From: Hormiphora californensis
Lineage: Eukaryota > Animalia > Ctenophora
DNA length: 64,000 nucleotides
Assembly: GCA_020137815.1 (NCBI GenBank)
Contig: CM035352.1
Location: 4,588,001 to 4,652,000, forward strand
Direction: 5' to 3'
Position 1 is the first letter of the stretch, and each line of letters opens with the position of its first letter. The notes beneath the pieces were generated by a model. The model was given only the letters and a program-made list of their open reading frames with translations, did no database searches and was not told where the DNA came from. The position numbers were made by a program, and so were the translations under genes. Below, one piece after another: positions 61,954 to 64,000 of this stretch.

Positions 61954-63662
61954 CTACAGGACGACATTGTCCGGTGAATTGATATTCTTAGAAGATCGAG
62001 CCTCCAAGTTTTGCTTTATTTGTCCCTCGGGTTTCCTCTCTACACAGAAGTGGGTGATCATCTCGCCCTTTCCCTTGATGTTAACTTTGCCCCGTTTTGG
62101 GAGCTTGAAGTGGTCGATTAGGTAGGGAAGGCACTCCGCGGGTAGTTGAATTTTACCCTCTTTACCTGTAGACATCATTCTACTAGAGAGGTTCACGGTG
62201 TCTCCCCAGATATCATACAGGACCTGCAGGGGAGAGAGAGAGAGAGATATGTGAGTGATTTATTAGCTGCAGGGCCGGGGTAACTATCATAATGTGGTCA
62301 AAGATTCCCATTTTCTACTTTTTTCCCCGTTGGCCTGACTATGATCCTATTCAGAATAGTATTCTCTGATAGGAGATGCTATATTTACTGGGGATTTGAG
62401 GGATATAGTATAACCTATGAACAAGGTCGACTACCCTTGCACAGGGCCGCAACAAAGACCCATTATTATAGGCTAGTGTGTTTCCTATTGGAAGGCAGCC
62501 ATATAAAAACCGGTTTAACGCCGGTCAAACATGGCATTGGCAGGAAGATTCCATTGAAAACCTGTTCACAATCTGGCTCTCGCCTCTCTCGCTCTTTCTC
62601 TCGAGTGCGCTCTCGCTCTCTCTCTCTCACTCTCTCTTTTTCTCTCTCTCTCCCTCTCTCTCTCACTCGCTCACAACAAATAATTTATAACTTGGCACCC
62701 AAGACTCTAAGCATTGGACATGAACTTGGCATTAGTTATCGGGGGATATTTTGTTGAATAAGGGATATCCCAAATTTTAGATATCACAGGCTATGATATA
62801 TCATTCATTGCCCAGTATATCCCAGTATATCTTTTCAGCATTTTCGAAACAGCATGCCCGGGCTTGCCAAGTGCCAAGTCTATCAGCTTATACCTGAACA
62901 CATGACCCATGTCTATCTAACGAGTGACCACATCACACATGTTAGGCCACATGTAACCACATCGCGTGACGACATATCGTACCTTATTTTGACCAATAAT
63001 TCCATCCGTAACAGGTCCGTAGTTGAAGCCAATCTTCATGAGAAATTTGGTACCAAGAGTATACTGGTTAAAATCCTTTAGAGTCTCCAGGATTTTGAAG
63101 CAGAAGTCCATCAGGTGAATAATGTGCTCGTGGTTACCCTGAAACATACAGATGGTTACCATGGTTACCCGTTAGAAACATACAGATGGTTACCCTGAAA
63201 CATACAGATGGTTACCATGGTTACCCCTTAGTTACAGTTTACACAATGTATAATTACAGAAAAACCATCACTACAAGACAAGTTAAAATCCCATGTATCA
63301 TCTTGTAGAGTCCTACTGTTGCTAGGGTGATGCTAGGGACTAGGGTGTTGCTAGGGTGTTGCTAGGGTGATGCTAGGGTGTTGCTAGGGTGATGCTAGGG
63401 TGTTGCTAGGGTGATGCTAGGGTGTTGCTAGGGTGTTGCTAGGGTGATGCTAGGGTGTTTCTACGGTGATGCTAGGGTGATGCTAGGGTGTTGCTTACCT
63501 GTTTCGTCTGCTCCTCAGTAAGGGGATCGAGACCAGAGGCAGCCATGTAACAAGGCCCAACCGTCTTAATCTTCTGAATAGCCCTCCACCTAGAGAGATT
63601 TCGTTGCTTAGAAAGAGAGATAGATAGATAAATAAAGATAGGGGAAAGAGAGTGAGAGAGCG

Positions 63663-63747
<85 letters not shown>

Positions 63748-63962
63748 AAAAGAGAAAACGCATACGTATGAGTATGCATTATACCTCGGATCGCATTTTC
63801 TCATGTCCGACGCAGAAGCCAGCAGATCATCTAAATCTCGGACTATCTCGTTCAGTACCCTGATACACCCCATTCCTCCCTCAAATTTCTCCTCGTAGAA
63901 GTCCCAGAAATTGACGACGGAGGCGAAAAATCACCCCAACATGCTCGTATGAGTGGGAGTAA
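61954..63962 (-). CDS. Adenylate cyclase, ADCY9-like C2 catalytic domain (3' exons; gene continues beyond window end)
   Basis: Exons ~63785-63962, 63499-63589, 62983-63138, 61954-62224 give VGVIFASVVNFWDFYEE..CIRVLNEI, KIKTVGPCYMAASGL, KIGFNYGPV..GIIG, LYDIWGDTVNLSSRM. One extra A in the run at 63926-63930. Confidence 0.9.
63131..63229 (-). repeat. Tandem duplication of an adenylate cyclase acceptor
   Basis: GGTTACCCTGAAACATACAGATGGTTACCAT repeated (minus strand TTTCAG|GGTAACCA). Confidence 0.75.
63318..63494. repeat. 11-bp tandem repeat (GCTAGGGTGTT/GAT)n abutting a donor
   Basis: Direct tandem array. Confidence 0.9.
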
Positions 63963-64000
63963 CTGGGGAGAGGTTGTTGGGCTAATGAATATTTCGAACG

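Noticed and set aside
1-64000. tRNA, rRNA, snRNA or SL RNA genes
   Set aside because: None recognisable by eye; tRNAscan-SE/Infernal would be needed to exclude them.

Overview
Intron-rich animal genomic DNA, most likely from a ctenophore (Pleurobrachia-like). That assignment is an inference from gene architecture and repeat families I recall; it was not checked by a search. Eight protein-coding genes were reconstructed by hand from splice sites and protein motifs. (1) SPEF2 on the minus strand, 3' end running off the window, with (2) a two-exon ZSWIM2 nested on the SAME strand in one of its introns. (3) Intronless TADA2B on the plus strand. (4) A plant/bacterial-type GT-B (GT4-like) glycosyltransferase on the plus strand. 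(5) FBXO36 on the minus strand, whose 7.4-kb intron holds (6) a complete antisense rhodopsin-class GPCR. (7) A ~21-kb grainyhead (GRHL) gene on the plus strand. (8) The 3' end of an ADCY9-like adenylate cyclase on the minus strand. Introns and intergenic DNA are packed with non-autonomous transposons (hAT-, Kolobok-, Academ-, Chapaev-, MULE-, Merlin-, Tc1/mariner-, Helitron- and Crypton-like), often nested or fully palindromic. There is also an interrupted CR1-type LINE and a 2-kb 21-bp minisatellite. Main observations: short tandem repeats repeatedly straddle real splice junctions in four genes; unpaired splice acceptors sit just before start codons (possible SL trans-splicing/operon-like expression, including the same-strand nested gene); a 1.8-kb foldback transposon in the GPCR 5'UTR has introner-like GT...AG ends; and a ~115-bp hairpin core is shared by MITEs with unrelated termini. 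Three single-base insertions that break three conserved genes are most likely assembly errors.
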